Origin: an uncultured Actinomycetota bacterium
GTDB taxonomy: Bacteria > Actinomycetota > Actinomycetes > Propionibacteriales > Nocardioidaceae
Reading direction: 5' to 3'
DNA: 64,000 nt
NCBI GenBank assembly: GCA_963739785.1
Contig: CAVUBO010000039.1
Coordinates: 49,088-113,087, forward strand
Below, piece by piece: positions 38,094 through 49,130 of the stretch (its first letter is position 1; every line of letters starts with the position of its first letter). The notes beneath the pieces were generated by a model. That model ran no database searches, was not told where the DNA came from, and saw only the letters and a program-made list of their open reading frames with translations. A program made the position numbers and the translations under genes.

Positions 38094-38606
38094 CTAGGTG
38101 TGTGGCGTCCGAGCCTCGCCAACCTCCACCTCGACGAGGGCCGCGTTGCCGCGGGCATCGATCCGCACCCTGGCCACGGCCTGGCCGGCACCCACCGCCT
38201 GCTCCATCGCGAAGGCCTTGTCCTGGGGGAGGAAGTAGCTGTCGATCCCACAGCGCAGCCGCCAGTGCTCGTCCTCGCACCGCAGGAACGGGCCCGACTC
38301 CGGGCGCTCGGTGACAGGCTCGCGGCCGACCCAGTACTCACCGGAGCGCACGAGCGGGACGTAGGCCACGCCGCCCGTGGAGTACGGCCTGTCCGTGAGC
38401 TCGTCGCTGCTCGGCAGACCGGGGTAGGACAGTGCGACATAGGCGCCCCGGAAGGGGTCGACCGGGTCCAGTGGCGCGACCTCCATCAGGTACTCCTCGC
38501 CGGTGACGCGTGCAGACAGCGGACCGGCGACCGCCAGCGGCAGGAGCGCGAGCTGCGCCAGTGTGGCGAGGGCGACGCGGCCGGTGCGTGATGCGAGCGG
38601 GTTCAT
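38094..38606 (-). CDS. GDYXXLXY-domain membrane-anchored protein
   Basis: PLDP.DPFRGAYVALSY; downstream of a DUF2157 gene. Confidence 0.85.
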   Translation of the reverse strand: MNPLASRTGRVALATLAQLALLPLAVAGPLSARVTGEEYLMEVAPLDPVDPFRGAYVALSYPGLPSSDELTDRPYSTGGVAYVPLVRSGEYWVGREPVTERPESGPFLRCEDEHWRLRCGIDSYFLPQDKAFAMEQAVGAGQAVARVRIDARGNAALVEVEVGEARTPHT

Positions 38607-39790
38607 GCCGAGGCTCCTTCGAGGTTCGCGGTGAGCTGTCGGCGGCCACGGTCGAACAGGTAGCCGCTGCCCAGGAAGATCACGCCGAGCACCAGGAACA
38701 GTGTGGCGCCGGTGATGATCGGCGCGAAGACCGCGAAGCTCTGCACGGTCGTGAAAAGCACCAGTGCAGCGGTCGCCAGGTAGGTCAGCCGGGTGGAGTC
38801 CCGGAGGACGCCGAGGACTGCGTACCAGCCGGCAGCGAGGACGTAGACGGCAACACTGACGAAGGCGTGGGTGTACCCCGCGCCCGTGACCACGCCCTGG
38901 ACCGGGTCCGGTGGCTCCCACAGGACGAGCAGGACGCCGGCGCCCACCGCGGCCGGCGGCACGAGTGCCTCCAGCAGCGCATCGGCGGGAGCGAGTACGA
39001 CGGCAGCGACAACCGCGGCGAGCGCTGCGACGATCCCGACCGTGACCCAGCCCGAGACGGCGAACCCGTCCACGTCCACGTAGGGGAAGGCCGCGACGAA
39101 CAGGCCGAGCAGCACCAGCAGCGCGGAGGCGTCGCGCCACGGGCCGGCGAACACCCGGGACCGGCGTGCGGCGTGGACCACCGCTGCCGCCCCGGCGACG
39201 ACTGCGGCCAGAAGCACAGGGAGCACGAAGCCCATCCCGTCCTCGGCAGCGTCGAAGACCTCCCAGACGAACCACGCCGTGGTCGTGGCGATCCCCACGA
39301 GCAGCGGCGCCACGCCCCCGACCGCGTAGGCGTAGAGCAGGGTGCCGATGCCCCAGACACCGACCAGGGAGGGCTCGTAGGCGGGAACCTGCAGGCTCTG
39401 GGCGGCCTGGAACACGACCGCGCCGAAGGTGAGTGCGGAGAGGAGGCGGAACGCCCCCACCGCAAGGTGCGATCTCCGGACCGTGAGCGCCTCGGCAGTG
39501 GCGAGGGAGCCCAGCCACAGCGACGCGACGACGAGGAAGCGCAGCAGCGGCGACATCTGGTCGAGGTTGGTGGCCACGAGCCAGAGCACGCCGACGCCCA
39601 CGAAGCCCCCGCCGAGGAACAGCAGCAGCTTCGTGAGGGAGAACCTGCGGACCGCGACGTACCGGCTGCGGATCGCCTGCGCCTGCCCCTCGTCGACGAT
39701 CCCGGTGGCGCGCCACGAGGTGAGCTCGTTCTCGAGCCAGGCGAGCTGGCCAGGCGCCACCGGCCGGGCCGGACTGGGTTCAGGTGTCAT
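38603..39790 (-). CDS. DUF2157 membrane protein
   Basis: W...GIVDE.QA..I..RY N-terminus and many TM helices. Confidence 0.85.
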   Translation of the reverse strand: MTPEPSPARPVAPGQLAWLENELTSWRATGIVDEGQAQAIRSRYVAVRRFSLTKLLLFLGGGFVGVGVLWLVATNLDQMSPLLRFLVVASLWLGSLATAEALTVRRSHLAVGAFRLLSALTFGAVVFQAAQSLQVPAYEPSLVGVWGIGTLLYAYAVGGVAPLLVGIATTTAWFVWEVFDAAEDGMGFVLPVLLAAVVAGAAAVVHAARRSRVFAGPWRDASALLVLLGLFVAAFPYVDVDGFAVSGWVTVGIVAALAAVVAAVVLAPADALLEALVPPAAVGAGVLLVLWEPPDPVQGVVTGAGYTHAFVSVAVYVLAAGWYAVLGVLRDSTRLTYLATAALVLFTTVQSFAVFAPIITGATLFLVLGVIFLGSGYLFDRGRRQLTANLEGASA

Positions 39791-39915
39791 GTCGCCAGTT
39801 TCGGGGCGCGAGGCCGGAGGCGGCATGAGCACGCGTACTCAAAAGTCCTCGGCGTGTCGCGCCCGCACCTCACTCGTGCGTGACAGGGGACACAAAACCA
39901 GGGTGTGGCCGTGTG

Positions 39916-39932
39916 TGTAACTCAGAGTTACA
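39916..39932. promoter_or_regulatory. Perfect palindromic operator overlapping the -10 box
   Basis: TGTAACTC-A-GAGTTACA; TACAGT -10 box lies 7 nt before the ATG at 39942. Confidence 0.7.
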
Positions 39933-39941
39933 GTTGCTTCC

Positions 39942-41315
39942 ATGTCCCTGACACGATCCCCTCGAGACCCGGGCGCCACGAGCAGGCACGGCGTCCCGTC
40001 CACGGACAAGCAGGACCCGATCGGCTTCGCGGTGTCCATGCTCAACCGACTCGCCCAGACCAACGTCCTCGACCGGCTCGGGCTGCGCAAGCAGACCGAG
40101 CGTGTGGTGTTCGAGACCACCCGGGCGGGCTTCCGCACCGTGGGCACGGTCAACCGTTCCTTCAGCCGTAAGGGCAAGCCCGGTGCGAAGCCGGTGCGGG
40201 TCCGGTCCGCGGCCGCGGCTGGGCTGTTCGACCTCACGCCGACCGACGACGAGCAGATGCTCGTCGACGTCGTGGGGGAGTTCGCCACCGAGATGGTGAG
40301 GCCGGCGGCCGCCGAGGCGAACGACGCCTGCGCCGCCCCCGACGAGCTCTTGAAGTCCAGCCTCGAGATCGGGCTGCCGATCCTGGGGGTTCCCGAGGAG
40401 CTCGGCGGCATCTCCACCGAGCGGTCGGCCATGGCCGGGACTCTGGTGGCCGAGGCACTCGCCAAGGGCGACATGGGCCTTGCGGTCGCCTGCCTCGCAC
40501 CCGGGGCGGTCGCCACGGCGCTGTCGCTGTGGGGCACCGACGAGCAGCAGTCGACCTACCTCCCGGCGTTCACCGGCGACGACGTCCCGGCGGCCGCGCT
40601 GGCCCTCACCGAGCCCCGGCCGCTGTTCGACGCGATGAGCCCGGAGACCAGCGCGACCCGTGACGGGGACGGCTTCGTCCTCAACGGCGTGAAGTCGCTC
40701 GTGCCTCGTGCCGCCGACGCCGAGCTGTTCGTGGTCGGCGCCCAGCTCGAGGGCAGGCCCGCGCTGTTCCTGGTCGAGTCCTCCACCGAGGGTCTCGAGA
40801 TCGAGTCCGAGCCTTCCATGGGCGTCCGCGCCGCAGGCCTCGGCAGGGTGGTCCTGAACGACGTACGCGTCGCCGACCTCGCTCTGCTCGGCGATGCCGA
40901 CGGAACGGCGTACACCGAGTGCGTGCGTCTCTCGCGCCTGGGTTGGTGCGCCCTGGCCATCGGCACCGCCCAGGCAGTGCTCGACTACGTCATCCCCTAC
41001 GTCAACGAGCGCCAGGCCTTCGGTGAGCCGGTGAGCCACCGGCAGTCGGTGGCCTTCATGGTCGCCAACATCGGGATCGAGCTGCAGGCCATGAGGCTTG
41101 TGACCTACAAGGCCGCCTCGCGCGCCGCGCAGGGCAAGCCGTTCGACCGCGAGGTCGCCCTGGCCCGCAGGCTCTGCGCCGAGCGGGGCATGCAGATCGG
41201 CAACGACGGGGTCCAGCTGCTCGGCGGCCACGGCTTCGTGAAGGAGCACCCCGTGGAGCGGTGGTACCGCGACCTGCGCGCCATCGGTGTGATGGAAGGA
41301 GGGGTCCTCGTCTGA
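39942..41315 (+). CDS. fadE24: Acyl-CoA dehydrogenase (FadE24-like)
   Basis: ALTEP, LNGVK, RQAFG and QLLGGHGFVKEHPVERWYRD motifs; tandem with a FadE23-like gene. Confidence 0.85.
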   Translation: MSLTRSPRDPGATSRHGVPSTDKQDPIGFAVSMLNRLAQTNVLDRLGLRKQTERVVFETTRAGFRTVGTVNRSFSRKGKPGAKPVRVRSAAAAGLFDLTPTDDEQMLVDVVGEFATEMVRPAAAEANDACAAPDELLKSSLEIGLPILGVPEELGGISTERSAMAGTLVAEALAKGDMGLAVACLAPGAVATALSLWGTDEQQSTYLPAFTGDDVPAAALALTEPRPLFDAMSPETSATRDGDGFVLNGVKSLVPRAADAELFVVGAQLEGRPALFLVESSTEGLEIESEPSMGVRAAGLGRVVLNDVRVADLALLGDADGTAYTECVRLSRLGWCALAIGTAQAVLDYVIPYVNERQAFGEPVSHRQSVAFMVANIGIELQAMRLVTYKAASRAAQGKPFDREVALARRLCAERGMQIGNDGVQLLGGHGFVKEHPVERWYRDLRAIGVMEGGVLV

Positions 41316-41341
41316 CCGACGGCGGTCGAGCCGACCCGCTG

Positions 41342-41360
41342 GGTAGAGCCCGTCGAGACC
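41342..41360. repeat. REP-like short imperfect palindrome
   Basis: GGTAGAGCCCGTCGAGACC, intergenic; shares the 12-nt core CTCGACGGGCTC (reverse strand) with 43153-43164. Confidence 0.45.
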
Positions 41361-41385
41361 GAAGTCCCCTCACGAGGAAGCCATC

Positions 41386-42606
41386 ATGATCAATCTCGAA
41401 ACCCCCAAGAAGTTCCGGCCGCTCATCGGCCAGGCGCACCAGGTCGCGATGAACCTGCTCCGCCCCAACTCCCGCAAGTACGACCAGCTCGAGCACGAGT
41501 ACCCCAAGGAGCTCGACATGCTCGCGGCGATGATCGACGGGCTCAGCGAGTCCGGCGCCGCCAGCGGTGCGGGCGCCTCGGGCGTGCGCCGCGAGGAGGG
41601 TACGTCGGACGAGGCCGCTGCCGGCACCAAGAACGGCTCCAACCTCGCCTCGGTCCTCTCCATCATGGAGATGTGCTGGGGCGACGTCGGGCTGCTGCTC
41701 TCGATGCCGCGTCAGGGCCTCGGCAACTCCGCCATCGCCTCTGTGGCCGACGAGGAGCAGCACAAGCGGTTCGACGGCCTCTGGGCGAGCATGGCCATCA
41801 CCGAGCCCGGCACAGGCTCGGACTCCGCGAACATCCAGACCACCGCGGTGCTCGACGGCGACCACTACGTCCTCAACGGCGAGAAGATCTTCGTCACCGC
41901 CGGCGACCGATGCGACGCCGTCGTCGTCTGGGCCACCCTGGACAAGAGCCTCGGTCGCGCGGCGATCAAGTCCTTCGTGGTCGCCAAGGGCACGCCCGGG
42001 ATGAACGTCGAGCGGCTCGAGCACAAGCTCGGCATCCGCTCCTCCGACACCGCCACCATCCGCTTCGAGGACTGCCGCGTGCCGAGGGAGAACCTCCTCG
42101 GCAGCCCGGAGATCGACGTCAAGCAGGGCTTCGCCGGGGCGATGGCGACCTTCGACAACACGCGCCCCCTCGTCGCGGCGATGGCGGTCGGCTGCGCCCG
42201 GGCATCGCTGGAGCTCACCAAGGAGCTGCTCGAGAAGGCCGGTGTCGTGGTCGACTACGACCGCCCCGCCCACACCCAGTCCGCCGCCGCTGCAGCCTTC
42301 CTCCAGATGGAGTCCGACTGGGAGGCGGCCTACCTGCTCACGCTGCAGGCAGCCTGGATGGCCGACAACCGCAAGCCGAACTCGCTGGAGGCCTCGATGG
42401 CCAAGGCGAAGGCAGGCCGCGTCGGCAGCGACATCACCCTGCGCTGTGTCGAGCTTGCCGGCAGCGTCGGCTACAGCGAGCACGAGCTGCTCGAGAAGTG
42501 GGCGCGCGACTCCAAGATCCTCGACATCTTCGAGGGCACCCAGCAGATCCAGCAGCTCATCGTGGCGCGCCGCCTTCTCGGCAAGACCTCCGCCGAGCTC
42601 AAGTAG
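41386..42606 (+). CDS. fadE23: Acyl-CoA dehydrogenase (FadE23-like)
   Basis: MINLE.P N-terminus, AITEPG.GSD, GEKIFVT and DIFEGTQQIQ. Confidence 0.88.
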   Translation: MINLETPKKFRPLIGQAHQVAMNLLRPNSRKYDQLEHEYPKELDMLAAMIDGLSESGAASGAGASGVRREEGTSDEAAAGTKNGSNLASVLSIMEMCWGDVGLLLSMPRQGLGNSAIASVADEEQHKRFDGLWASMAITEPGTGSDSANIQTTAVLDGDHYVLNGEKIFVTAGDRCDAVVVWATLDKSLGRAAIKSFVVAKGTPGMNVERLEHKLGIRSSDTATIRFEDCRVPRENLLGSPEIDVKQGFAGAMATFDNTRPLVAAMAVGCARASLELTKELLEKAGVVVDYDRPAHTQSAAAAAFLQMESDWEAAYLLTLQAAWMADNRKPNSLEASMAKAKAGRVGSDITLRCVELAGSVGYSEHELLEKWARDSKILDIFEGTQQIQQLIVARRLLGKTSAELK

Positions 42607-42706
42607 GCGGCCGGAACGGCGACACCGGCGTCCGCGGACGAGGGGGCAGGACCCCGCGAACCCGGGTCGGGCGGTGAAATGCCCGGAACCGGGGAACCCT
42701 CTGCGC

Positions 42707-43366
42707 ATGAAGCTCTATGCCGACGCCCCCGCTCGCCGCTCGCTCCAGATGCTGGGTGACCTCCTGATCGTCGGGTGGGTGTACCTGTGGGTCCGGACCG
42801 CAATGGTCGTCCGCGACGCGACGATGGCGCTCGGGAAACCGGGGGAGCAGCTCTCCGAGGCCGGGTCCGGGCTGGCGTCAAAGCTGCGTGACGCCGGCGA
42901 GGCGGTAGGGGGCCTGCCGGTGGTCGGCGACGACGTCCGTGCACCGTTCGCCGGCGCCGGCGGAGCCGCCGAGCAGATGGCGGCCGCGGGCGACGCCCAG
43001 GTCGAGGCCGTCCACACCCTGGCGTTCTGGCTGGGGCTGGCGGTCGGCGCGATACCGGTGCTGATCGCGCTCGGTGTCTACCTGCCGATGCGCTGGCGCT
43101 TCGTCAGGCAGGCCACCGCCGCGCGCCGCTTCGTCGACAGCGCAGGTGCCCCCTCGACGGGCTCCGGCAACCACCTCGACCTCTTCGCGCTCAGGGCGAT
43201 GGCCCGCCAGCCGCTCCACCGGCTCGCCCGGATCAGCGACGACCCGGTCGCGGCGTGGCGTCGGCACGACCCGGAGGTGGTCCGGGCGCTCGCCGCTCTG
43301 GAGCTGGGTGAGAGCGGACTGTCCGTCCCAGTCGTTCCGGTATCGGCTGACAACGCCCCGGGCTGA
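42707..43366 (+). CDS. Conserved actinobacterial membrane protein
   Basis: MKLYAD.PARR..Q..GD N-terminus, two TM helices, DLFALRA...PL motif. Confidence 0.8.
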   Translation: MKLYADAPARRSLQMLGDLLIVGWVYLWVRTAMVVRDATMALGKPGEQLSEAGSGLASKLRDAGEAVGGLPVVGDDVRAPFAGAGGAAEQMAAAGDAQVEAVHTLAFWLGLAVGAIPVLIALGVYLPMRWRFVRQATAARRFVDSAGAPSTGSGNHLDLFALRAMARQPLHRLARISDDPVAAWRRHDPEVVRALAALELGESGLSVPVVPVSADNAPG

Positions 43367-43381
43367 CCCCAAGATGGTTGT

Positions 43382-44803
43382 ATGCGCGAGATCGAGATCC
43401 AGCCCGTCCCGCTGGAGCGCCTCGCCCAGCTGCTCACGGAGCAGCGGGCACAGCGCCTCGCGGCCTACGCCACCCAGGCGCGAGGCCTGCTCGGAGCCCG
43501 CACGGTGTGGAACATCAACGCCACGGGCAAGGGCGGCGGCGTCGCCGAGATGCTGCAGTTCATGCTGGCCTACGGCCGCGGCGCGGGGGTCGACACACGG
43601 TGGCTGGTGCTCGACGGCGACCACGAATTCTTCATGATCACCAAACGGCTCCACAACTTCCTGCACGGCTCGCCCGGCGACGGGGGACCGCTCGGCGCGA
43701 AGCAGCGCGAGCACTTCGCGAGGGTGCTGTCCTTCAACCTCCCGATGGCAGAGCAGGTCGTCAAGCCCGGAGACATCGTGCTCCTGCACGACCCGCAGAC
43801 CGCGGGCCTGGTCGACGGCCTTCGCCGACGCGGCGCCAACGTCGTCTGGCGCTGCCACATCGGCCGGGACACCTCGGACGCGCTCACCGACATGGGCTGG
43901 GCCTTCCTGCGGGAGTTCATCCAGGACGCAGACGGGTTCATCTTCTCCCGCAGGGCGTACGTCCCCGACTGGGTCCCCGCCGACAAGGTCATCATCATCG
44001 CCCCGTCCATCGACCCCTTCAGCGCGAAGAACATCCTGCTGTCCGAGAGCAGGGTGCGGGCATCGCTCGCGCAGGCGGGCCTCGTCGGCAACAGCCCCGA
44101 CCCCGACCAGCTCGGGTTCACCCGACGGGACGGCTCCCAGGGCGTGGTCCGCGCCCACGAGGGGCTGATCTACGGACACGGACCGATCCCGGCCGACGCC
44201 CGGCTGGTGGTGCAGGTCAGTCGCTGGGACCGGCTGAAGGACATGCCCGGAGTGCTGCGAGGTTTCACCGACTGCCTCGACGCGCTTCCGGCCGACAGCC
44301 ACCTCGCCCTGGTCGGGCCCGAGGCCGCCGGTGTCGCCGACGACCCCGAGGGCATCGCGGTGTTCGACGAGTGCAAGAGCCTGTGGGAGCGACAGCCCGA
44401 CCACATCCAGGACCGCGTCCACCTCGTGAGCCTCCCGATGGACGACGTCGACGAGAACGCCCATCTCGTCAACGCCTTGCAGCATCGAGCCGGCGTCGTG
44501 GTGCAGAAGAGCCTGGTCGAGGGGTTCGGGCTCACCGTCACCGAGGCCATGTGGAAGGCACGGCCGGTCATCGCCACCGCTGTGGGGGGGATCTGCGACC
44601 AGATCCAGGACGGCGTCCAGGGGCTCCTGCTGCAGGACCCCCACGACCTCGAAGCCTTCGGAGCCGCACTCGAACGGATCCTCGGCGACGAGGCCTTCGC
44701 CGCGAAGCTGGGGGAGGCGGCGCGTGAGCGGGTCGAGGACGAGTACCTCGGCGACCGGCACCTGATCCAGTACGCCGAGCTCTTCGCCTCACTGATCGTC
44801 TGA
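43382..44803 (+). CDS. GT4 glycosyltransferase, TreT (trehalose synthase)-like
   Basis: GGGVAE, HDPQ, WRCH, QVSRWD.LK and QKS..EGFGLTVTEAMWK motifs. Confidence 0.85.
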   Translation: MREIEIQPVPLERLAQLLTEQRAQRLAAYATQARGLLGARTVWNINATGKGGGVAEMLQFMLAYGRGAGVDTRWLVLDGDHEFFMITKRLHNFLHGSPGDGGPLGAKQREHFARVLSFNLPMAEQVVKPGDIVLLHDPQTAGLVDGLRRRGANVVWRCHIGRDTSDALTDMGWAFLREFIQDADGFIFSRRAYVPDWVPADKVIIIAPSIDPFSAKNILLSESRVRASLAQAGLVGNSPDPDQLGFTRRDGSQGVVRAHEGLIYGHGPIPADARLVVQVSRWDRLKDMPGVLRGFTDCLDALPADSHLALVGPEAAGVADDPEGIAVFDECKSLWERQPDHIQDRVHLVSLPMDDVDENAHLVNALQHRAGVVVQKSLVEGFGLTVTEAMWKARPVIATAVGGICDQIQDGVQGLLLQDPHDLEAFGAALERILGDEAFAAKLGEAARERVEDEYLGDRHLIQYAELFASLIV

Positions 44804-44866
44804 CCGTACGGCGGCCGCCACCGGCCGTTCACCCGGAGGACGACCTGACCGCGGAGGCTCGTGGTC

Positions 44867-44956
44867 ATGAAGATCCCGTTGAGCATGCTCGGTGGCCTCG
44901 TCGGCTACTTCATCTGGGCGACGTCCCTGGCCGAGGCGAGCCGCGGAATGCTCTGA
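44867..44956 (+). CDS. Candidate 29-aa hydrophobic small protein
   Basis: GGAGG 9 nt before ATG; MKIPLSMLGGLVGYFIWATSLAEASRGML; nearly all codons end in G/C. Confidence 0.5.
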   Translation: MKIPLSMLGGLVGYFIWATSLAEASRGML

Positions 44957-44986
44957 CCCCATCAGCCCGCGGCGTAGCATCGGCGG

Positions 44987-46303
44987 ATGGCCGCAACCCG
45001 CACCCGCAAGCAGCGGATCATCGAGGTCCTCGAGGAAGCGTTCGAGGACCTCATGCACGCCGACCCGCAGGCCTTTCGGGTGAAGTACCGGAAGATGGCT
45101 GCCGACCCCTTCGCCTTCTTCCGGGGTACGGCCTGCCTCTTCTACGCCGACGTCACGCGCAAGCCGGACCCGTTCGTCGACGACCGCACGAGCCGGATCT
45201 GGGTTCACGGCGACCTGCACGCCGAGAACTTCGGCACCTACCTCAACAGCGACGGCCGGCTGGTCTTCGACGTCAACGACTTCGACGAGGCCTACGTCGG
45301 CTGCTTCACCTGGGACCTGCGCCGGTTCGCTGCCAGCCTGGCCCTCATGGGATGGCAGAAGGCGCTGCCCGAGGACGCCGTCCGTGACCTCGTCGGCAGC
45401 TACCTGCGCGCCTACCTCGCCCAGGTCGACCACTACGTCGGGTCCGACGACGACCACGACTTCGGGCTCTACCTGGACAACACCCAGGGACCCGTCCTCG
45501 AGATGCTCACCCACGCCCGATGCCTCAGCCGTCGTGACCTGCTCGACGGAGTCACCCACCTCGAGGGCGGCGTCCGGGTCTTCCGTGAGGGCTCGGGCGT
45601 ACGGCGGCTGGGCCGGGACGAGCGACGAAAGGTCATGCGAGCGTTCGAGGACTACCTGACCACCATCCCCGAGTCGAAGCGCTTCGACCGTGACCTGTTC
45701 TACGAGGTGCGCGACGTGGTCGGCCGGTCCGGCTTCGGCATCGGCAGTGCCGGGCTTCCGGCGTACAACATCCTGGTCGAGGGTTACAGCCAGGCACTCG
45801 ACAACGATGTCGTGCTCTCCATGAAGCAGGCCAACGTGCCCGCGGTGGGCAGGTTCGTCGACACCGGCGACGTGGAGGGGTACTTCGACCATGAGGGCCA
45901 CCGCACGGTGGTGAGCCAGCGGGCGCTCCAGGTGCACACCGACCCGCTCCTCGGCCACACGAGCATCGACGGACGCGGGTTCGTGGTGTCCGAGGTCTCT
46001 CCCTACGAGGTCGACCTCGACTGGTCCGACATCAACGAGCCCGAGGACATGGCTCTCCTCGTGGACAGCCTCGGCCGCGCCAGCGCGAAGGTGCACTGTG
46101 CCTCCGACGAGGACAGCGACCAGGATCTCGTCGACTTCCAGGTCGAGGAGGCGATCGCCGAAGTGCTCGAGGGGCGCCGCGAGGAGTTCACCGCCGACAT
46201 CGTCGACTTCGGCGTCAGCTACGCCGGCAGGGTCCGCCGAGACCACGCCCTGTTCGTGAGTGCCTTCCGGGAGGGTGAGATCGGCGGCGTCAGTGCAACC
46301 TGA
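44987..46303 (+). CDS. DUF2252 kinase-like protein
   Basis: PFAFFRG, GDLHAENFG, FDVNDFDE and GIGSAG motifs. Confidence 0.9.
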   Translation: MAATRTRKQRIIEVLEEAFEDLMHADPQAFRVKYRKMAADPFAFFRGTACLFYADVTRKPDPFVDDRTSRIWVHGDLHAENFGTYLNSDGRLVFDVNDFDEAYVGCFTWDLRRFAASLALMGWQKALPEDAVRDLVGSYLRAYLAQVDHYVGSDDDHDFGLYLDNTQGPVLEMLTHARCLSRRDLLDGVTHLEGGVRVFREGSGVRRLGRDERRKVMRAFEDYLTTIPESKRFDRDLFYEVRDVVGRSGFGIGSAGLPAYNILVEGYSQALDNDVVLSMKQANVPAVGRFVDTGDVEGYFDHEGHRTVVSQRALQVHTDPLLGHTSIDGRGFVVSEVSPYEVDLDWSDINEPEDMALLVDSLGRASAKVHCASDEDSDQDLVDFQVEEAIAEVLEGRREEFTADIVDFGVSYAGRVRRDHALFVSAFREGEIGGVSAT

Positions 46304-47495
46304 GGACCCGTGCGCCGTCGCTCGCGGGGGCGTGGAGGAATCCGGGGGTCGCCCACCCGTTCTCCTTGAACGCCGCAGCCACTGCCACCGCCACCTCGCC
46401 GACGGCCTCGGTCGGCACCAGTGCGATCGCCGAGCCGCCGAAACCGCCACCGGTCATCCGGGCTCCCAGCGCACCGCGTCGGCGGCACGTCTCGACCACA
46501 AGGTCGAGCTCTTCGCAGGAGACCTCGAAGTCGTGGCGTAGCGACTCGTGGGAGGCATCGAGGAGCGGGCCGAGCGCGGCGTGCTCGCCCTTGTCCAGCA
46601 ACGCGACAGCGGAGTCGACGCGATCCATCTCGCTCAGCACGTGGCGTGCCCGGCGGCGGACGCGCGGATCGGTGATCGCGTCGAGAACCGCTGGCCGGCC
46701 CTGGACCTCGCGCAGCGTGTCGACTCCGAACGTGCGTGCCGCGTCTTCGCAGTCCCGGCGGCGTGACCCGTAGCCCCCGTCGGTCAGGGCGTGGGAGACC
46801 CGGGTGTCCACGACCAGGAGGGCGAGCTCCTCGGCGGCCGGCTCCCAGGGGACCTGCCGCGACGATCCGTCGGCGAAGTCGAGGAGCAACGCATGCCCTG
46901 CGCTGCCGAGGAGCGCGACGCTCTGGTCCATCCCGCCGGTCGGTGCACCGGCCATCTCCGTCTCGGCGCGGACACACGCCTCGGCGAGCCTTCGACGGGC
47001 CTCGTCGCCGTCGGGCACGCCCGCGACCTCCATGAGCCCGAGGGCCACCGCGCACTCGAGTGCCGCCGAGCTGGACAGGCCCGAGCCGATCGGGACGCGC
47101 GAGTCGACCACCACGTCGAGCCCCCGGACGTCCCAGCCCTCCTTCTCCAGGGCCCACAACACGCCTGCGACATAGGCGGGCCAGCCCTCGACCGCTCCCG
47201 GCCGCAGGTCGTCCAGTGCCACCTCGCGCGTCTGCGCGAGCTGACGGGACGTCATCGACAGCACGCGGTCCTCGCGCGGGGCGAGTGCGGCGTAGGTCGC
47301 GTGGGGCAGCGCCAGGGGGAGGCAGCGACCGCCGTTGTAGTCGAGGTGCTCGCCGATCACGTTCACCCGGCCCGGGGCAGCAGTGACGACCGTCGGCTCC
47401 CGGCCCACGCGCCAGGCGAAAGCCTCGGCGAGCTTCTCCCCGATCTGCTCGGGGTCCCCGGGCGGGACGAACAACGACGGCACGGACGGTGGCAT
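46290..47495 (-). CDS. galK: Galactokinase
   Basis: APGRVN.IGEH.DYN, GSGLSSSAA, GGMDQ and GARMTGGGFGG. Confidence 0.95.
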   Translation of the reverse strand: MPPSVPSLFVPPGDPEQIGEKLAEAFAWRVGREPTVVTAAPGRVNVIGEHLDYNGGRCLPLALPHATYAALAPREDRVLSMTSRQLAQTREVALDDLRPGAVEGWPAYVAGVLWALEKEGWDVRGLDVVVDSRVPIGSGLSSSAALECAVALGLMEVAGVPDGDEARRRLAEACVRAETEMAGAPTGGMDQSVALLGSAGHALLLDFADGSSRQVPWEPAAEELALLVVDTRVSHALTDGGYGSRRRDCEDAARTFGVDTLREVQGRPAVLDAITDPRVRRRARHVLSEMDRVDSAVALLDKGEHAALGPLLDASHESLRHDFEVSCEELDLVVETCRRRGALGARMTGGGFGGSAIALVPTEAVGEVAVAVAAAFKENGWATPGFLHAPASDGARVLRLH

Positions 47496-47613
47496 GCGGG
47501 TCACTTTACGGGTCGGTCCCGGCCGGAATCCTCGCTATCGACGGACGAGGCCCTGCCGCGCACGGGCGCCTCGTCGAGCTCGCCCGGACTCCCTCGCGCA
47601 TCCGCAGGGGTAG

Positions 47614-49062
<1,449 letters not shown>

Positions 49063-49067
49063 CACGA

Positions 49068-49101
49068 ACGTGGCGCCTCCCCTGCAGGGGAGGCGCCACG
49101 T
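49068..49101. terminator. Bidirectional hairpin terminator
   Basis: Perfect 34-nt palindrome ACGTGGCGCCTCCCCTGCAGGGGAGGCGCCACGT between convergent genes. Confidence 0.75.
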
Positions 49102-49130
49102 CGCTGCTCAGGTGGCCGGCTTCTCGACCG

